Notes: generated by a model from the letters alone, not told the origin. A stretch of 64,000 nucleotides of DNA from Methanotrichaceae archaeon (GCA_963803145.1 CAWDLW010000027.1:64001-128000), one strand, 5' to 3'; numbered from the stretch's first letter, positions 48,887-60,122 are shown. Made by a program: numbers and translations.

Positions 48887-49171
48887 ATGGTAAAAGAGAT
48901 TCATGCATGCCATATACTGGTCAAGAACGATAAGAAGGCAAAGGAAATTATGGAGAGGCTCGCCAAAGGAGGCGAAAGCTTTTCGGAGATGGCTCGAAAG
49001 TATTCCATATGCCCGTCCAGCAAGAACGGTGGAGATCTTGGCTGGTTCGCCAAAGGAAAGATGGTTCCTGAGTTCGAGAAGGCAGCCTTTGAGGGTGAAA
49101 AAGGCAAGTTAATCGGGCCTGTGCAAACAAAGTTTGGATACCATCTCATTAAGGTACTGGAAAAGAGATGA
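48887..49171 (+). CDS. ppiC: Parvulin-type peptidyl-prolyl isomerase
   Basis: HILV, YSICPS..GGDLGWF, MVPEFE, TKFGYHLI. Confidence 0.9.
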   Translation: MVKEIHACHILVKNDKKAKEIMERLAKGGESFSEMARKYSICPSSKNGGDLGWFAKGKMVPEFEKAAFEGEKGKLIGPVQTKFGYHLIKVLEKR

Positions 49172-49261
49172 CTTGAAGATATGAGGACTATCCGCCTTCT
49201 CATCCGCTCTTCGTTCCTCTCTTCGGGACTTTGTTTTTCTTTTCAGACTCCCTCCAGCCCT

Positions 49262-49876
49262 TCAGGATAAGTTATCGCGGCTTATCATGCTCTCAAATAT
49301 CGGCCCTGCCTCAGCGAGCTTACCATGGGCCTTCGTGAGCTTGCCCATTTGAATATCATCTCCGGATATACCTATAATTGCAGTTAGGTTCTTCATGTCT
49401 CCTGTGAACCTGTCATCAAATTTGACTGCAAGGGGCCTGTATCCCGAGTACTTATCATTAAAGGCTGTAAGGGCAGTTGAAAGGTTCTGATAGCTATTGA
49501 CAGATTCCTGGTTCATTCCCTTACTGGTGTAATCGAGCGTCAGGTTGTAAGGGTTCCTCATATCCATGATATCCTTTGCGAGCATATCCTTTGTGAGAAC
49601 TGCACTTGCATAACTCCCTGCAACAGCAATCACAATTATGACAGCCAGCGATGCTCTGATCAGGTTCTTATTGCTTCTTCTTACCTTCTCACATGTGTTC
49701 AATCTTAGCATATTGTAAATGCCGCATACGCCCGTCGCCGCCTGGAAGACCATGACTACAGCTATTAGATAGAGAAGGATCTGCCATTCTGTGCTTACCC
49801 AGAAGAAGCCCGCAATGAAGCAGACCTCTGCCAGAAAGACTCTAAGAAGCCTGTCAAGAGTGCCTACGTTTTTCAC
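49262..49876 (-). CDS. DUF2892 (YgaP-like) membrane protein with a C-terminal extracellular domain
   Basis: MKNVGTLDRLLRV...GVCGIY...LNTC. Confidence 0.8.
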   Translation of the reverse strand: MKNVGTLDRLLRVFLAEVCFIAGFFWVSTEWQILLYLIAVVMVFQAATGVCGIYNMLRLNTCEKVRRSNKNLIRASLAVIIVIAVAGSYASAVLTKDMLAKDIMDMRNPYNLTLDYTSKGMNQESVNSYQNLSTALTAFNDKYSGYRPLAVKFDDRFTGDMKNLTAIIGISGDDIQMGKLTKAHGKLAEAGPIFESMISRDNLS

Positions 49877-50243
49877 GACCTGGAGGTTAAGTCGCGATTA
49901 TTTAAGGCTTTGTTATTGCTGTACTATCCGATATGTATTGATGCATTGGAATGCTGATGTCGCAAGATACTTACGCAGTAGAATATTGATGTTATGGACT
50001 CTCACCCCATCTATCTCTTCTATGGCTCTTTTCATACATGGCGTTAACCTCTGGATCTTGGACAGTGCATAAATAGCTTTTAAATCCAAAGCTAACGCAG
50101 CACATACCACTACTATTCTGTTTATTCTTGATACATAATGCTACAGACCGGATTTAATTAAATTTAAATGAGGGAAATTACGTGGATTGACGAAGCAAAA
50201 TACAGCCTATGGGCTGATCCTGAAGCCTCGCTAAGTTTACAGG

Positions 50244-51176
50244 TCAAGACAAACTTTTGACCGATTCGATCATCAGCTGCCGCTCGACGACGCCGTACGT
50301 CTTAACAGGCGCGATGGGAAGTGTTGTTTCGCTCACGATGAACTCAGTCATCTCGACCTTCCTTACCCAATTTGAGTCCAGATCGATGAAAATATCTCCT
50401 TTGTAATGTGAGGCTCCAACCGTCCTCGTTTCCAGGTTCGGCAGGGGATTCATAATCATCGTGAACAAGCTCTCTCCGGAATCGAACATCACGACAGCGC
50501 AGGGCCGCTCCTTGACTAGACCTAGGCCTTTGAAATCCAGTATCACTTCGCCGTTCTTGAATGTCGAACCATTGGCGACATTGCTCCCCAGATTAACTGG
50601 CGGTTCGGAAAATGCGGTCTGGTGGACGAGCTTCTGCCCTACATCTTGCAGGTCCTGAATGCCCCGGCCGCTCGATGTCGGGCGTGCGAATACGTCACAA
50701 AAACTATGAAAATCAACAAAGGAGTTATAGACCAAATAAGCCGTGCCCGGAGGCAGGATCTTGCCGTTGTCGTCTAAAAGCTTTTCGAATTTGGCGTGGT
50801 CGATTCCGAGCACCTGTCCTTTTTCGTCACGGCAGTTAGCGGTCTTCCTGAAGATATATGTCCAGCCTTTAAGGGCGGGAATCTCTGCCGATGCTTCATC
50901 GTTTTGTACTAAGAACATGAGGCAGGTATACTCGTCGCCGTCCTTGCCTGTCAACGCAGCAGGGACGCATTTCAGGTCTAGGACAAGAGTATCGACACCG
51001 GAATGTTTCCCGTCAGGAGCGAATCGAATTACTTTGGTTTCCATGTGATAAAACTGGATCTCAGGGGCCCGTTTTCCGCCCAGGTTAAACTTCTGGTTTA
51101 ACAGAAAGGCAGATGTGCCTTGAGGCGCGTTTTGCCCCGCATGTGTGATGGGTCCGCAGAGGCCATGAGGTTTCAT
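50244..51176 (-). CDS. Hypothetical protein
   Basis: 310-aa ORF; no motif recognised. Confidence 0.6.
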   Translation of the reverse strand: MKPHGLCGPITHAGQNAPQGTSAFLLNQKFNLGGKRAPEIQFYHMETKVIRFAPDGKHSGVDTLVLDLKCVPAALTGKDGDEYTCLMFLVQNDEASAEIPALKGWTYIFRKTANCRDEKGQVLGIDHAKFEKLLDDNGKILPPGTAYLVYNSFVDFHSFCDVFARPTSSGRGIQDLQDVGQKLVHQTAFSEPPVNLGSNVANGSTFKNGEVILDFKGLGLVKERPCAVVMFDSGESLFTMIMNPLPNLETRTVGASHYKGDIFIDLDSNWVRKVEMTEFIVSETTLPIAPVKTYGVVERQLMIESVKSLS

Positions 51177-51576
51177 GAATTTTATCTGCCGTTAGGTTAG
51201 AAATAGCTTACTATCAATATGACCGAATAGCTCATGGTCACTACCGGCAAATTATATTGAATTGCTCTCGATTCCGGTGCCCCCATATCGATCTATTTTG
51301 ATAATTTATTCACGCTGAAATTTTGGGTAGTGCCTATCTTGAAAATACGACATATAATATAAAACTTAGAGTATCTCTGGCCCTGCCTATTGATCCAATA
51401 ACACTGCGATTAGAAGGGCTATACACTTTATGTTATCTCAATCGTCTATATCTAGTATAGATTCAAGTTGTTATTACTGTGTTTTTATTGTATGTGGTAG
51501 TCTCTGTGATAAGAGGCGAAAGCTAAATTGAGGAACTGCCATACTCTTCCTCTGATTAAAAATTTATACGTGCTGC

Positions 51577-51608
51577 AATAGCTAATTTACTAAATAGCTA
51601 ATTTACTA
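51577..51608. repeat. Perfect 16-bp tandem duplication in a long AT-rich intergenic region
   Basis: AATAGCTAATTTACTA twice. Confidence 0.7.
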
Positions 51609-51928
51609 TATCGATAGTCTATCCCATATTCCGCAGTATTGATTTTCAAAATCTATAATTTTCATGAAACTTAGGTCAAATTAATATTTACAATTTGCTG
51701 GCCAAATCGTTATTTCACACAAAAAAGAGGTGCCGAGATAACTGGCTGAAATAGTTTCTATTTTTCAAGTTGTTTACTTAAATTCGTTATTAGGATTCAA
51801 TGTGCAAATTTAAATTAGTTTGAAAATTATTTTTGCTTGAAATGAAAGTGCGGAATGTGGGGTCTATGATTAGCTTGTATTACAAATCTGAAAAGACACT
51901 AAAAATTGGATAGCTGAGCCTTGAAGGC

Positions 51929-53161
51929 TCAGGTATATTGCACCCCGAGATCCTCGGGCTCGCTCATATTTCTCTCTTTATGCAGGATCTTGTTTATCGC
52001 ACTCTCAAAATCGCTCTGGTAGATTGTGGTCCGCTCCTCACGGATCGCAAACATGCCGGCTTCAGTAGATATTGCCTTGAGATCTGCTCCACTTGATCCT
52101 TCAGTTAGATCCGCGATTTTGCCCATATCCACATCGTCGTCCAAATTCATATCAGAGGCATGAATCATCAGTATAGTCTTCCTAGCATCTTTATTCGGTA
52201 TGGGAATCTCTATTACTCTATCGAATCTCCCTGGTCTGAGCAACGCGGGATCAAGCATATCCAGGCGGTTTGTAGCAGCAATAAGCTTTACCTCTCCGCG
52301 AGGGTCAAAGCCATCCATCTCTGCCAGAAGCTGCATCAGCGTCCTCTGAACCTCACGATCTCCGCTTGTCGCGCCATCCATCCTGCGTGCGCCAATAGCA
52401 TCCAGCTCATCTATGAATATAATCGCCGGTGCCTCGGCCTTCGCCAGCTCAAACAGCTCGCGGACAAGTCGAGCGCCTTCACCAATATACTTCTGGACGA
52501 ACTCGGACCCAACGACTCTTAGGAAGGTTGCCTCTGTGCTATGTGCAACAGCCTTCGCAAGAATTGTCTTTCCTGTCCCAGGCGGCCCATGAAGGAGAAC
52601 CCCTTTTGGCGGCTCAATCCCTACTGCCTCGAATAGGTCAGGCCTTTTCAGCGGCAGCTCGACAATCTCTCTGATCTCGGATATCTGAGTATCCAGGCCT
52701 CCGATCTGGGCAAAATCCACATTGGGAGCTTCCTCGATCTCCATGCCGAAGACTGCAGGATCGCGCGGCGATGGCAGGACGCACATTACCGCAAATGATT
52801 GCTGATTAAGGCCAACTTGTACACCAGGCTTGATCTCTTCTTCAATGAATTGTGATAGGTTAACAACGAATCTTGGTCCAGTACTGCTTTTAACGATGAC
52901 CCTGTTCTCGTCTAGGACATCGATGATGGTGCCCACGATCATGGGACCTACACGTAATCTCTCAAGCTCGCTTCTAAGTTTTCTGGCCTCCCGCTCGAAT
53001 TTGAGCTTCTGGTTTTCAATGACTCTTTTCTCACCTTCTACTCTATCCTTCTGCTCTCTAAGTGCCAGATTGCGTTCCTCAAGCTGACGCATGCGATCCA
53101 GGATGTAGCGGGAGAAATCCGCGCCACCCTGGGGCTCGTTTAAACCATCTCCGCTGTCCAT
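51929..53161 (-). CDS. pan: Proteasome-activating nucleotidase
   Basis: Coiled coil, OB domain, [39 protein letters not shown]. Confidence 0.95.
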   Translation of the reverse strand: MDSGDGLNEPQGGADFSRYILDRMRQLEERNLALREQKDRVEGEKRVIENQKLKFEREARKLRSELERLRVGPMIVGTIIDVLDENRVIVKSSTGPRFVVNLSQFIEEEIKPGVQVGLNQQSFAVMCVLPSPRDPAVFGMEIEEAPNVDFAQIGGLDTQISEIREIVELPLKRPDLFEAVGIEPPKGVLLHGPPGTGKTILAKAVAHSTEATFLRVVGSEFVQKYIGEGARLVRELFELAKAEAPAIIFIDELDAIGARRMDGATSGDREVQRTLMQLLAEMDGFDPRGEVKLIAATNRLDMLDPALLRPGRFDRVIEIPIPNKDARKTILMIHASDMNLDDDVDMGKIADLTEGSSGADLKAISTEAGMFAIREERTTIYQSDFESAINKILHKERNMSEPEDLGVQYT

Positions 53162-53206
53162 ATCTACAAAGATTATTAAACTCCGACCCCTATAAAGGTT
53201 TCCGAA

Positions 53207-53695
53207 ATGAACGAGAAACAATGCGAAATATGCGGCGCTCAGATTCAAGGGAGTCCCAATCGGATAGTGATTGATGGATCTGCTCTAGAAGTCTGCAAAG
53301 GCTGTGCGCGCTTTGGAAAGCCTGATGACAAATGGTCTCCGGTTCCAAGAAGAATGGTCCCGACTGAGAGAGCATTTACTGCCAGACGGCCCAAACCACG
53401 CGACCATTTCAAGGATTTAGTAGAGTTTGTTCCCGAATATGGGCGAAAGATAAGAGATGCTCGTGAGACCCAGGGCCTCACACCTGAAGAACTTGGAGCG
53501 AGAATTAAGGAGAAGGCTGCGCTTATCAAGAAGATAGAGCGCGAGGAGATTGCTCCAGAAGATGATATTCGGAAGAAGCTGGAAAAAGAGCTGAAGATAA
53601 AGCTCACAGACGAGGTATCTGAAGGAAGGGTTAAATCTATGGGCGGAGCAAAAGGCCTGACTCTAGGAGACATTGCCAATATCAAACGGAAATGA
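53207..53695 (+). CDS. mbf1: Archaeal multiprotein bridging factor aMBF1
   Basis: CEICG...VCKGC zinc ribbon, HTH, terminal TLGD motif. Confidence 0.9.
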   Translation: MNEKQCEICGAQIQGSPNRIVIDGSALEVCKGCARFGKPDDKWSPVPRRMVPTERAFTARRPKPRDHFKDLVEFVPEYGRKIRDARETQGLTPEELGARIKEKAALIKKIEREEIAPEDDIRKKLEKELKIKLTDEVSEGRVKSMGGAKGLTLGDIANIKRK

Positions 53696-54270
53696 CAGAG
53701 AATGTAAGCCGATTAATCATCGGCGGCGGGGTAGTGGTCTACCCAACTGAAACTATTTATGGACTTGGAGCGAATGCGCTCGACGACCAGGCCATAATGA
53801 GGGTGTTCCAGATCAAAAGAAGACCCCTCACAAAGCCTATCTTCCTAGCAGTCTCCAGCTTCGAGATGCTCGAAAAGGTCGCGGAGATAAGCAAAGAGGA
53901 CTTAGTCATCTTAGAAAAGCTTCTTCCTGGACCAGTATCGGTGCTGGTAAAAAAGAGAAGCATAGTGCCTGATATTCTGACCGCCGGGTCCCCAATGGTA
54001 GGAATTAGGTTCCCTGATCATGAAATTGCACTTAAGATAATAGACCGAGCCGGGCCTATAACCTCAACTAGCGCCAATAGAACTGGAGCGCCATCTCCAA
54101 CAAGCGCATCCGAGGTTTCCAATGAGATAGAAAGCCGCGTTGATGCTGTTTTAGATGGCGGAAAGTGCAAATATTCTCAGCCTTCGACGCTTCTTGACCT
54201 GGCAAACAGAAGGATACTCAGAGAGGGGGCTGGCCTGGATAAAGTGAGGAGCATTCTCGCGGAGCTGTAA
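53692..54270 (+). CDS. sua5: Threonylcarbamoyl-AMP synthase (Sua5/TsaC, short form)
   Basis: YPTETIYGLGA, KRR, PGP, GIRFPDH, STSAN. Confidence 0.9.
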   Translation: MTENVSRLIIGGGVVVYPTETIYGLGANALDDQAIMRVFQIKRRPLTKPIFLAVSSFEMLEKVAEISKEDLVILEKLLPGPVSVLVKKRSIVPDILTAGSPMVGIRFPDHEIALKIIDRAGPITSTSANRTGAPSPTSASEVSNEIESRVDAVLDGGKCKYSQPSTLLDLANRRILREGAGLDKVRSILAEL

Positions 54271-55199
54271 TGAGGGCCAGGATCCGCGATTTTTTTGAGT
54301 CAAAAGATAATTGGATATTCGCCGTTGCTGATTATCATCATACCGATGGCATAAGATCAATGCTCAGGTATGTGCCTGACCATTGCGGAGAGCGTACCGC
54401 TAACGGTATAAAGTACAGAAAGCTAGATTTTGATGACGCTTTTGCTTTTCTCCGGAAAGTTAGGCCGGATTATGTCCAGGATTTACATGTTGTTCCTATA
54501 GAGGATGTAAAACGTCTTTACGATCCGATTGTTGGCCTAAGCAGAGTTATGGAGCAGGACTCGAGAGTAAACAGGATAGCTACTACTTTAGCCGATGAGG
54601 GCATTCCGCTGCAGAAAATGGGTATCACAGGCTCGATGCTTCTGGGTCTACATGGCCCATCATCAGATATCGATTTTGTTGTCTACGGCCCCTGGTGGTG
54701 GAAGGCCCGCGATGTATTATCCAGTGCAAAGTTGGATGGACGAATCCAGGAGCTTGACGTGGCAATGTGGCGCCGGATTTATGCCAAAAGGAAGCCTGAG
54801 ATCAGCTTTGATGAGTTTGTCCTTCATGAAAAGAGGAAGGGCAACCGCGGGATGATCGATGGGACTTATTTCGATCTCCTTTTCACACGCGATTGGAGCC
54901 AAATCGGAGAGGCTCAGAAGCGTGGTAGAACTCTAGGAACGCGAAAGATTGTAGCCAAAGTTAGAAATGCAGAGTTTGCTTTCGACAGCCCCGCAATATT
55001 CGCGCTGGAACATGAAGAGATAAATGAGATTTTCTGCTATTCCCACACCTATGCCGGCCAGGCTCTGCCTGGCGAAACCATTGAAGCCTCGGGCATAGTC
55101 GAGGAAACTCGAGAAGGACGTAGACTGATCGTGGGAACAACACGCGAAGCGAAAGGCGAATGGATAAGATCGCTCACGCTGCTTGAGGGCGGAAGATAG
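54270..55199 (+). CDS. Archaeal nucleotidyltransferase-domain protein (COG1665-like)
   Basis: GITGSMLLGLH...SDIDFVVYG; LRYVP. Confidence 0.8.
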   Translation: MRARIRDFFESKDNWIFAVADYHHTDGIRSMLRYVPDHCGERTANGIKYRKLDFDDAFAFLRKVRPDYVQDLHVVPIEDVKRLYDPIVGLSRVMEQDSRVNRIATTLADEGIPLQKMGITGSMLLGLHGPSSDIDFVVYGPWWWKARDVLSSAKLDGRIQELDVAMWRRIYAKRKPEISFDEFVLHEKRKGNRGMIDGTYFDLLFTRDWSQIGEAQKRGRTLGTRKIVAKVRNAEFAFDSPAIFALEHEEINEIFCYSHTYAGQALPGETIEASGIVEETREGRRLIVGTTREAKGEWIRSLTLLEGGR

Positions 55200-55254
55200 A
55201 ATAGATCCATAACTACTACTACTAATCAGATTACCACCAAAAGAGGTCCTTTCT

Positions 55255-56769
55255 ATGTTGGAAGTTCATCCATTTGATATCGAGATCGGCCAGCACAAGG
55301 TCATGCTCAATATAAAAGATGCCAATGAGCATGGATTGATTGCCGGGGATCGCGTAAGGGTCAGGACAAAGGGAGCTGCAATAACAGCTATATTAGACAC
55401 GACGACTCAGATGGTCAAACCCGGGGAGATAGGCATATTCACAGAGGCTCTCAAAGAGCTAAAAGACGCTAGAAGCGTTGATATCATGCCTGCTCCAAGG
55501 CCACTCTCTCTCTGCTACATAAAGAAGATGATGGATAATGAGAAGCTGAATGAGGAGCAGATAAGGTCGATTGTGCAGGATATAGTAGATAATAATTTGA
55601 GTGAAATTGAGCTTTCCGCATACATTACGACCTCGTACATTTATAAAATGGACTCTCAGGAGACCGAATGGCTGACGAAGGCAATGATCGAGACAGGAAA
55701 TAGAATTCACTTTGATACGCATCCTGTCATGGATAAACACAGCATAGGAGGCGTTCCAGGAAACAAGGTTTCTTTGCTGGTTGTTCCAATTGTTGCAGCT
55801 TCAGGCCTCCTTATCCCCAAGACCAGCTCACGTGCGATAACAGGGGCCGGGGGAACTGCAGATCTTATGGAAATACTTGCACCAGTTGAATTCAGCGCAG
55901 ATGAGATCAAGGAGATAACCGAGCGCGTTGGCGGAGTCATAGCCTGGGGCGGCGCGACGAATATCGCCCCGGCAGATGATAAGCTTATCAAAGCCGAGTA
56001 TGCCCTCTCAATCGATCCCTACAGCCAGATGCTTGCGTCCATTATGGCCAAGAAGGGTGCCGTCGGAGCTGATGCTGTTGTTGTTGATATGCCGGTTGGG
56101 CCCGGCACAAAGCTGCCGACGCCTGAATCCGGGCGTTCCCTCGCCAAAGATCTCATAGACCTTGGAGAACGGATTGGCATCCGCGTGGAATGTGCGATGA
56201 CTTTTGGAGGATCGCCTGTGGGGAGGACCATCGGCCCGGCGCTTGAGGTCAAGGAAGCGCTCACACTGCTGGAGAATAAAGGAGGTCCGAACAGCTTAAA
56301 GGAGAAGAGCTTGTCCCTGGCAGGGATACTGCTGGAAATGGGCGGGGTCGCAGGTAGAGGAGACGGCTATAAGGTAGCTGAGGAGATATTGACCAGCGGA
56401 AAGGCTCACAAGAAGCTGATGGAGATAATCGAGGCGCAAGGAGGCAATCCCAATGTCAAGAGCGAGGAAATCCAAATCGGAGAGCACTCTGAGGCAATCC
56501 TTTCCCCAAGCAGCGGCTATATAGTGGCCTTCTTTAATAAACGACTTGTTGAGCTGGCGAGGATGGCCGGTGCTCCCTCTGATAAGTTAGCGGGCGTATT
56601 AATCCATAAGAAGATGGGCGAACAGGTCAAGAAAGGCGAGCCTCTCATAACGATCTGCTCAAGCTCTGATTGGGAGCTTGAAAGTGCTGTGAAGGATGCC
56701 AAGAAACAAATGCCCATCGTCGTTGAAGGCATGCTCCTGGAGAGATATCCCAGAGTCACAGAAATATAA
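55255..56769 (+). CDS. AMP phosphorylase
   Basis: DKHSIGGVPGNK, PKTSSRAITGAGGTAD, APADD, ASIMAKK. Confidence 0.95.
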   Translation: MLEVHPFDIEIGQHKVMLNIKDANEHGLIAGDRVRVRTKGAAITAILDTTTQMVKPGEIGIFTEALKELKDARSVDIMPAPRPLSLCYIKKMMDNEKLNEEQIRSIVQDIVDNNLSEIELSAYITTSYIYKMDSQETEWLTKAMIETGNRIHFDTHPVMDKHSIGGVPGNKVSLLVVPIVAASGLLIPKTSSRAITGAGGTADLMEILAPVEFSADEIKEITERVGGVIAWGGATNIAPADDKLIKAEYALSIDPYSQMLASIMAKKGAVGADAVVVDMPVGPGTKLPTPESGRSLAKDLIDLGERIGIRVECAMTFGGSPVGRTIGPALEVKEALTLLENKGGPNSLKEKSLSLAGILLEMGGVAGRGDGYKVAEEILTSGKAHKKLMEIIEAQGGNPNVKSEEIQIGEHSEAILSPSSGYIVAFFNKRLVELARMAGAPSDKLAGVLIHKKMGEQVKKGEPLITICSSSDWELESAVKDAKKQMPIVVEGMLLERYPRVTEI

Positions 56770-56785
56770 ACGGGAAAGAGAAGGC

Positions 56786-57631
56786 ATGAAGGTCGCTATA
56801 ACCTATCACGAGGATTTCGGGAAGCACGGATTCAGCGTCCTCAAAGAGAGGATCAGGCCATCCTTTGAAGCGCTGATGGAATCAGGCATAGTTGATGGCG
56901 AGGAGATCCAGATTTTTAAGCCAAGCCCTGCTCCATTGAGGCTTGTTAGGCAGGCGCACACTAAGGAACATATGGATAATATGGCTACAGATCCCTACAG
57001 AGATGTGGCCATATTATCTGCAGGAAGCGTTATTATGGCAGCCGAGCTTGTATGTGCAGGCCAGGCGGAGTCAGCTTTCGCATACACAGGAACTGCAGGC
57101 CACCACGCCTCCAGAGGAAGCTGCTGGGGATTTTGCTACTTCAACGATGTAGCAATAACAATCTTAAGGCTTAGGGAGCTGGGTTTAACGCGTTTTCTTA
57201 TTGTGGATGTTGATCCCCATTTCGGCGACGGGACACGCGACTTCTTCGAAGAAGACCCTGATGTGTTTCATATAAACTTTTACAGCGGCACAGAGGAGAA
57301 GCACGACCCTGAGAGAAACAACTATGATATAGGCCTCGGCTTCGGCGCGAGTAATGATCAATTCCTGAGCGCACTCGTTAGTGCACTGGAGCTTGCCAAA
57401 GACTTTGACTTCCAGTTAGCCTTCGTCATATTCGGCCATGATTCGCATCAGGACGATTATGGAGGCTTTATGCTGACGTTCGATGCCTATCCAGAGATGG
57501 CTAAATTGATCAAGGATGCAGTCGGGGATAAAGGACTTATCTTTGTTCTTAGCGGTGGATCATGCATCCATGTTGCAAAGCAGGTTATACCTAATGTCAT
57601 AAAAGTCCTGGCAGGGCGGTGGCCCCCTTGA
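56786..57631 (+). CDS. Histone deacetylase-family hydrolase
   Basis: GHHA, GFCYFND, DVDPHFGDGT, GHDSHQDD. Confidence 0.85.
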   Translation: MKVAITYHEDFGKHGFSVLKERIRPSFEALMESGIVDGEEIQIFKPSPAPLRLVRQAHTKEHMDNMATDPYRDVAILSAGSVIMAAELVCAGQAESAFAYTGTAGHHASRGSCWGFCYFNDVAITILRLRELGLTRFLIVDVDPHFGDGTRDFFEEDPDVFHINFYSGTEEKHDPERNNYDIGLGFGASNDQFLSALVSALELAKDFDFQLAFVIFGHDSHQDDYGGFMLTFDAYPEMAKLIKDAVGDKGLIFVLSGGSCIHVAKQVIPNVIKVLAGRWPP

Positions 57632-58494
57632 AAATGGCTTCAAACTGTTACCCCTGCATCCTCGACAGAGCGAAGTTCGAGTGTGATCTGGTATTCTCTG
57701 ATGAGCCGGCGAAGAAAGCTGCAATGGAAGAGCTACTGGACTACATGGCATGTCATAAAGGCGGTGTGCCGGCCCTTGTAGGAACTGAAAGGGAGCGGAT
57801 AATAAAGAGACGAAGCGGGTGCCCAGATCCTTACCATGGCCTGAAGGATGAGAGCAACCGTTTAGCAGAGAGGATTCTTCCGATTGCAGAGCAGTTTTAT
57901 TCAAAATCGGAGAATAAGCTGGAGGCACTGATAAGAATTGCAGCCGCAGCCAATTCAATGGAGTTCGGTGTCAAGGGGCACGACTTCAGCAATTCGACCT
58001 TTGGAAATTATTTCGCAAAAACACTGGAGGAAAGGCTCGAAGGGGATCTGGAGAAGGTAAAAAACCTATTAGACGGCTTTAAGAACATCTTCTACCTCAC
58101 GGATAACTCGGGAGAGGTTATATTCGATCTCTTTGTGATATCTAAGCTCAATGATATGAATAAAAGAGTGATAATAGGATCGAAATCCGAGCCTATACTC
58201 AATGATGTCACTGCTGATGAGCTTCGCGGTCTGACCGATAATGAAATAATATCCACAGGCTCAGTCGTTGGGACATCTCTCGAGTGTATCAGCCCTGACG
58301 CTCTCGCGCTTTTGCTCGATAAAGACTGGCTCATAATATCCAAGGGTATGGGAAATTTCGAGACCATGTCGGAGTTTCAAGGAATGCTGAAGGGCAGATT
58401 GATCTATATTCTGCGCGCCAAATGCGAACCGGTTGCCGATAAGCTAGGGGTGCCAAGGGGAACGCTCGTAGCAAGGACTATCGATCAGCGATAA
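57628..58494 (+). CDS. DUF89 / ARMT1-like damage-control phosphatase
   Basis: CYPC, DPY, DNSGE, PILNDVT, SKGMGNFE, KC. Confidence 0.9.
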   Translation: MKMASNCYPCILDRAKFECDLVFSDEPAKKAAMEELLDYMACHKGGVPALVGTERERIIKRRSGCPDPYHGLKDESNRLAERILPIAEQFYSKSENKLEALIRIAAAANSMEFGVKGHDFSNSTFGNYFAKTLEERLEGDLEKVKNLLDGFKNIFYLTDNSGEVIFDLFVISKLNDMNKRVIIGSKSEPILNDVTADELRGLTDNEIISTGSVVGTSLECISPDALALLLDKDWLIISKGMGNFETMSEFQGMLKGRLIYILRAKCEPVADKLGVPRGTLVARTIDQR

Positions 58495-59141
58495 TACATA
58501 TCGCTTTCCTCACAGGTAGGCACTACAGGCAGATCAAACTCCAGGGCCTCCAGAGAGAAGTTCAGGCCGGTGAGGGATTGTACCGCCACTAGAAGATTCT
58601 TGGCTGCCTCGAGGTCCACAGGATCATCGCCTGAAGTTGTTCCAAGAAGACAAATGCCGTTTATCCCGTATAGTGGGGCAAGCCCTGCAAGGAGGCCGTT
58701 TATTCCACCGATGGCCCCAGTACGCAGCAGAGTAATTCCCAATTTTTCCAATTTTTCAGCCGTTTCAATATCACTGGCAACACCCAGGACGTTCTCCCTA
58801 GTATCTCCAACGTAAGCAGCGAGAGTGATGATATCTGTAACTTTAAGATCTCTTGCAGCTCCAAGGATCTCGCCCGCGAGAGCATGCATCTCCCTGATCT
58901 CCAGGGGCTGGGCATCACCAGAAAGCACAAGAATATCCTCTCTGCTTTGAGAAGCCTTCAGCTCAGCATGTAGTAGGTATGAAATGCCATCCTCAACCAT
59001 TACTTGTGCAGGAAAGCCTGATGAAAAAAAGGGCTTGACAGTGTGGCATTCGAGGGCAGTAGCCAAGAAATCTGCCGCCACCTTGCCAACGCTTCCGATT
59101 CCTGGCAGGCCGCCGATACAAATGGTGCCGGAGCTAAACAT
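58485..59141 (-). CDS. PAC2-family proteasome assembly chaperone
   Basis: GLPGIGSVGK, FPAQV, GDAQP, IGGINGLL, C-terminal MYYR. Confidence 0.85.
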   Translation of the reverse strand: MFSSGTICIGGLPGIGSVGKVAADFLATALECHTVKPFFSSGFPAQVMVEDGISYLLHAELKASQSREDILVLSGDAQPLEIREMHALAGEILGAARDLKVTDIITLAAYVGDTRENVLGVASDIETAEKLEKLGITLLRTGAIGGINGLLAGLAPLYGINGICLLGTTSGDDPVDLEAAKNLLVAVQSLTGLNFSLEALEFDLPVVPTCEESDMYYR

Positions 59142-59206
59142 CAACGGAAGGTTTTTCGTACATGTATAACATCCTTTCGGAAGCTGCGGCAGATTGAACG
59201 ATAAAT

Positions 59207-59881
59207 CTATTCTCCTGCGGCTCTTATTATCCAATTCACAGGGATTGTCGTATTTTTGGGCGTGGATATAAGTGCACGGTATAGCCGACCTGTAGATTTA
59301 TCATAGTAATATGAGTTGCCTGTTGCATTTTGTATCTCCGTCAGCAGAAGGAGCTCCGAGTAGCCATAGAAGCAGACGAAGAAGTTATCATTTACTATCA
59401 TTGCAGGTATTTCTATATCTGCCCACTTGATCTCTTTAGTTCCTTGCGGATGGGTGAAGTACGGTAGCTGGGTATCCGAATAATGATACAGAAGCCTGCC
59501 CTCTTTATCACGAATTTCGATGGCAAACGGCAATGGCACTGGATTTCTTTTACTGCTCAAATTCCATCCATCTGTAGCCATTACTAAAACATGTTCGAGC
59601 TTCCATCCCGGCTTTGGCGGCTTGAACTCAACCGTCTGAGCTGTGGCGACGAGGGGTGATGCTTGAAGGGTAACATTCATCTTTGTGAAATTGGTTCCGC
59701 TGTCTTGCTTCAATATAGTAATATTTTCTACAGGTGCAGTTGCCAGCTTAGTATTACCGATGGGTGATGGTATGGGTGGTGGTGTCTTTATCGGTAACTT
59801 AGCAGGCGTATTTACAACTGGGGCACCATAACAGAGGGCTATGCAGAGTAGCATTGCTATAATTAAGATCATCTTTTTCAA
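59207..59881 (-). CDS. Secreted hypothetical protein, paralog of the next gene
   Basis: MKKMILI signal; F.PP..GW.L, EIRD...LLY.YSDTQLPY, PVNWII. Confidence 0.75.
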   Translation of the reverse strand: MKKMILIIAMLLCIALCYGAPVVNTPAKLPIKTPPPIPSPIGNTKLATAPVENITILKQDSGTNFTKMNVTLQASPLVATAQTVEFKPPKPGWKLEHVLVMATDGWNLSSKRNPVPLPFAIEIRDKEGRLLYHYSDTQLPYFTHPQGTKEIKWADIEIPAMIVNDNFFVCFYGYSELLLLTEIQNATGNSYYYDKSTGRLYRALISTPKNTTIPVNWIIRAAGE

Positions 59882-60122
59882 GAGATCACCTAAGTATAGA
59901 AGTAGCGCCTATCAATATATAGCTAGTGCTAAAAGGATAAGGTTATTAGCCCTTAAAATCGCAACCACAGAAACTGAAAGATAATCAGAATCGGATAATC
60001 TCGTTGCAGGAAATGATGCTGATGCAGATTACAACAGAAGATAACAGAGAAAAATATCAGCGACAGGCTGGCGTAAGATATCCTCTTTTCGCCAACCTGG
60101 CCTGCAGGCTATTACCTTAGCC

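Noticed and set aside
51177-51928. Long AT-rich intergenic region as replication origin or ncRNA
   Set aside because: No ORB-like repeats, no adjacent cdc6/orc1 and no convincing structure; only one 16-bp duplication.
59137-59234. Extended N-terminus or short overlapping uORF (MYEKPSVDV*) for PAC2
   Set aside because: Cannot be distinguished from chance. The ATG at 59141 already precedes the GLPG motif.
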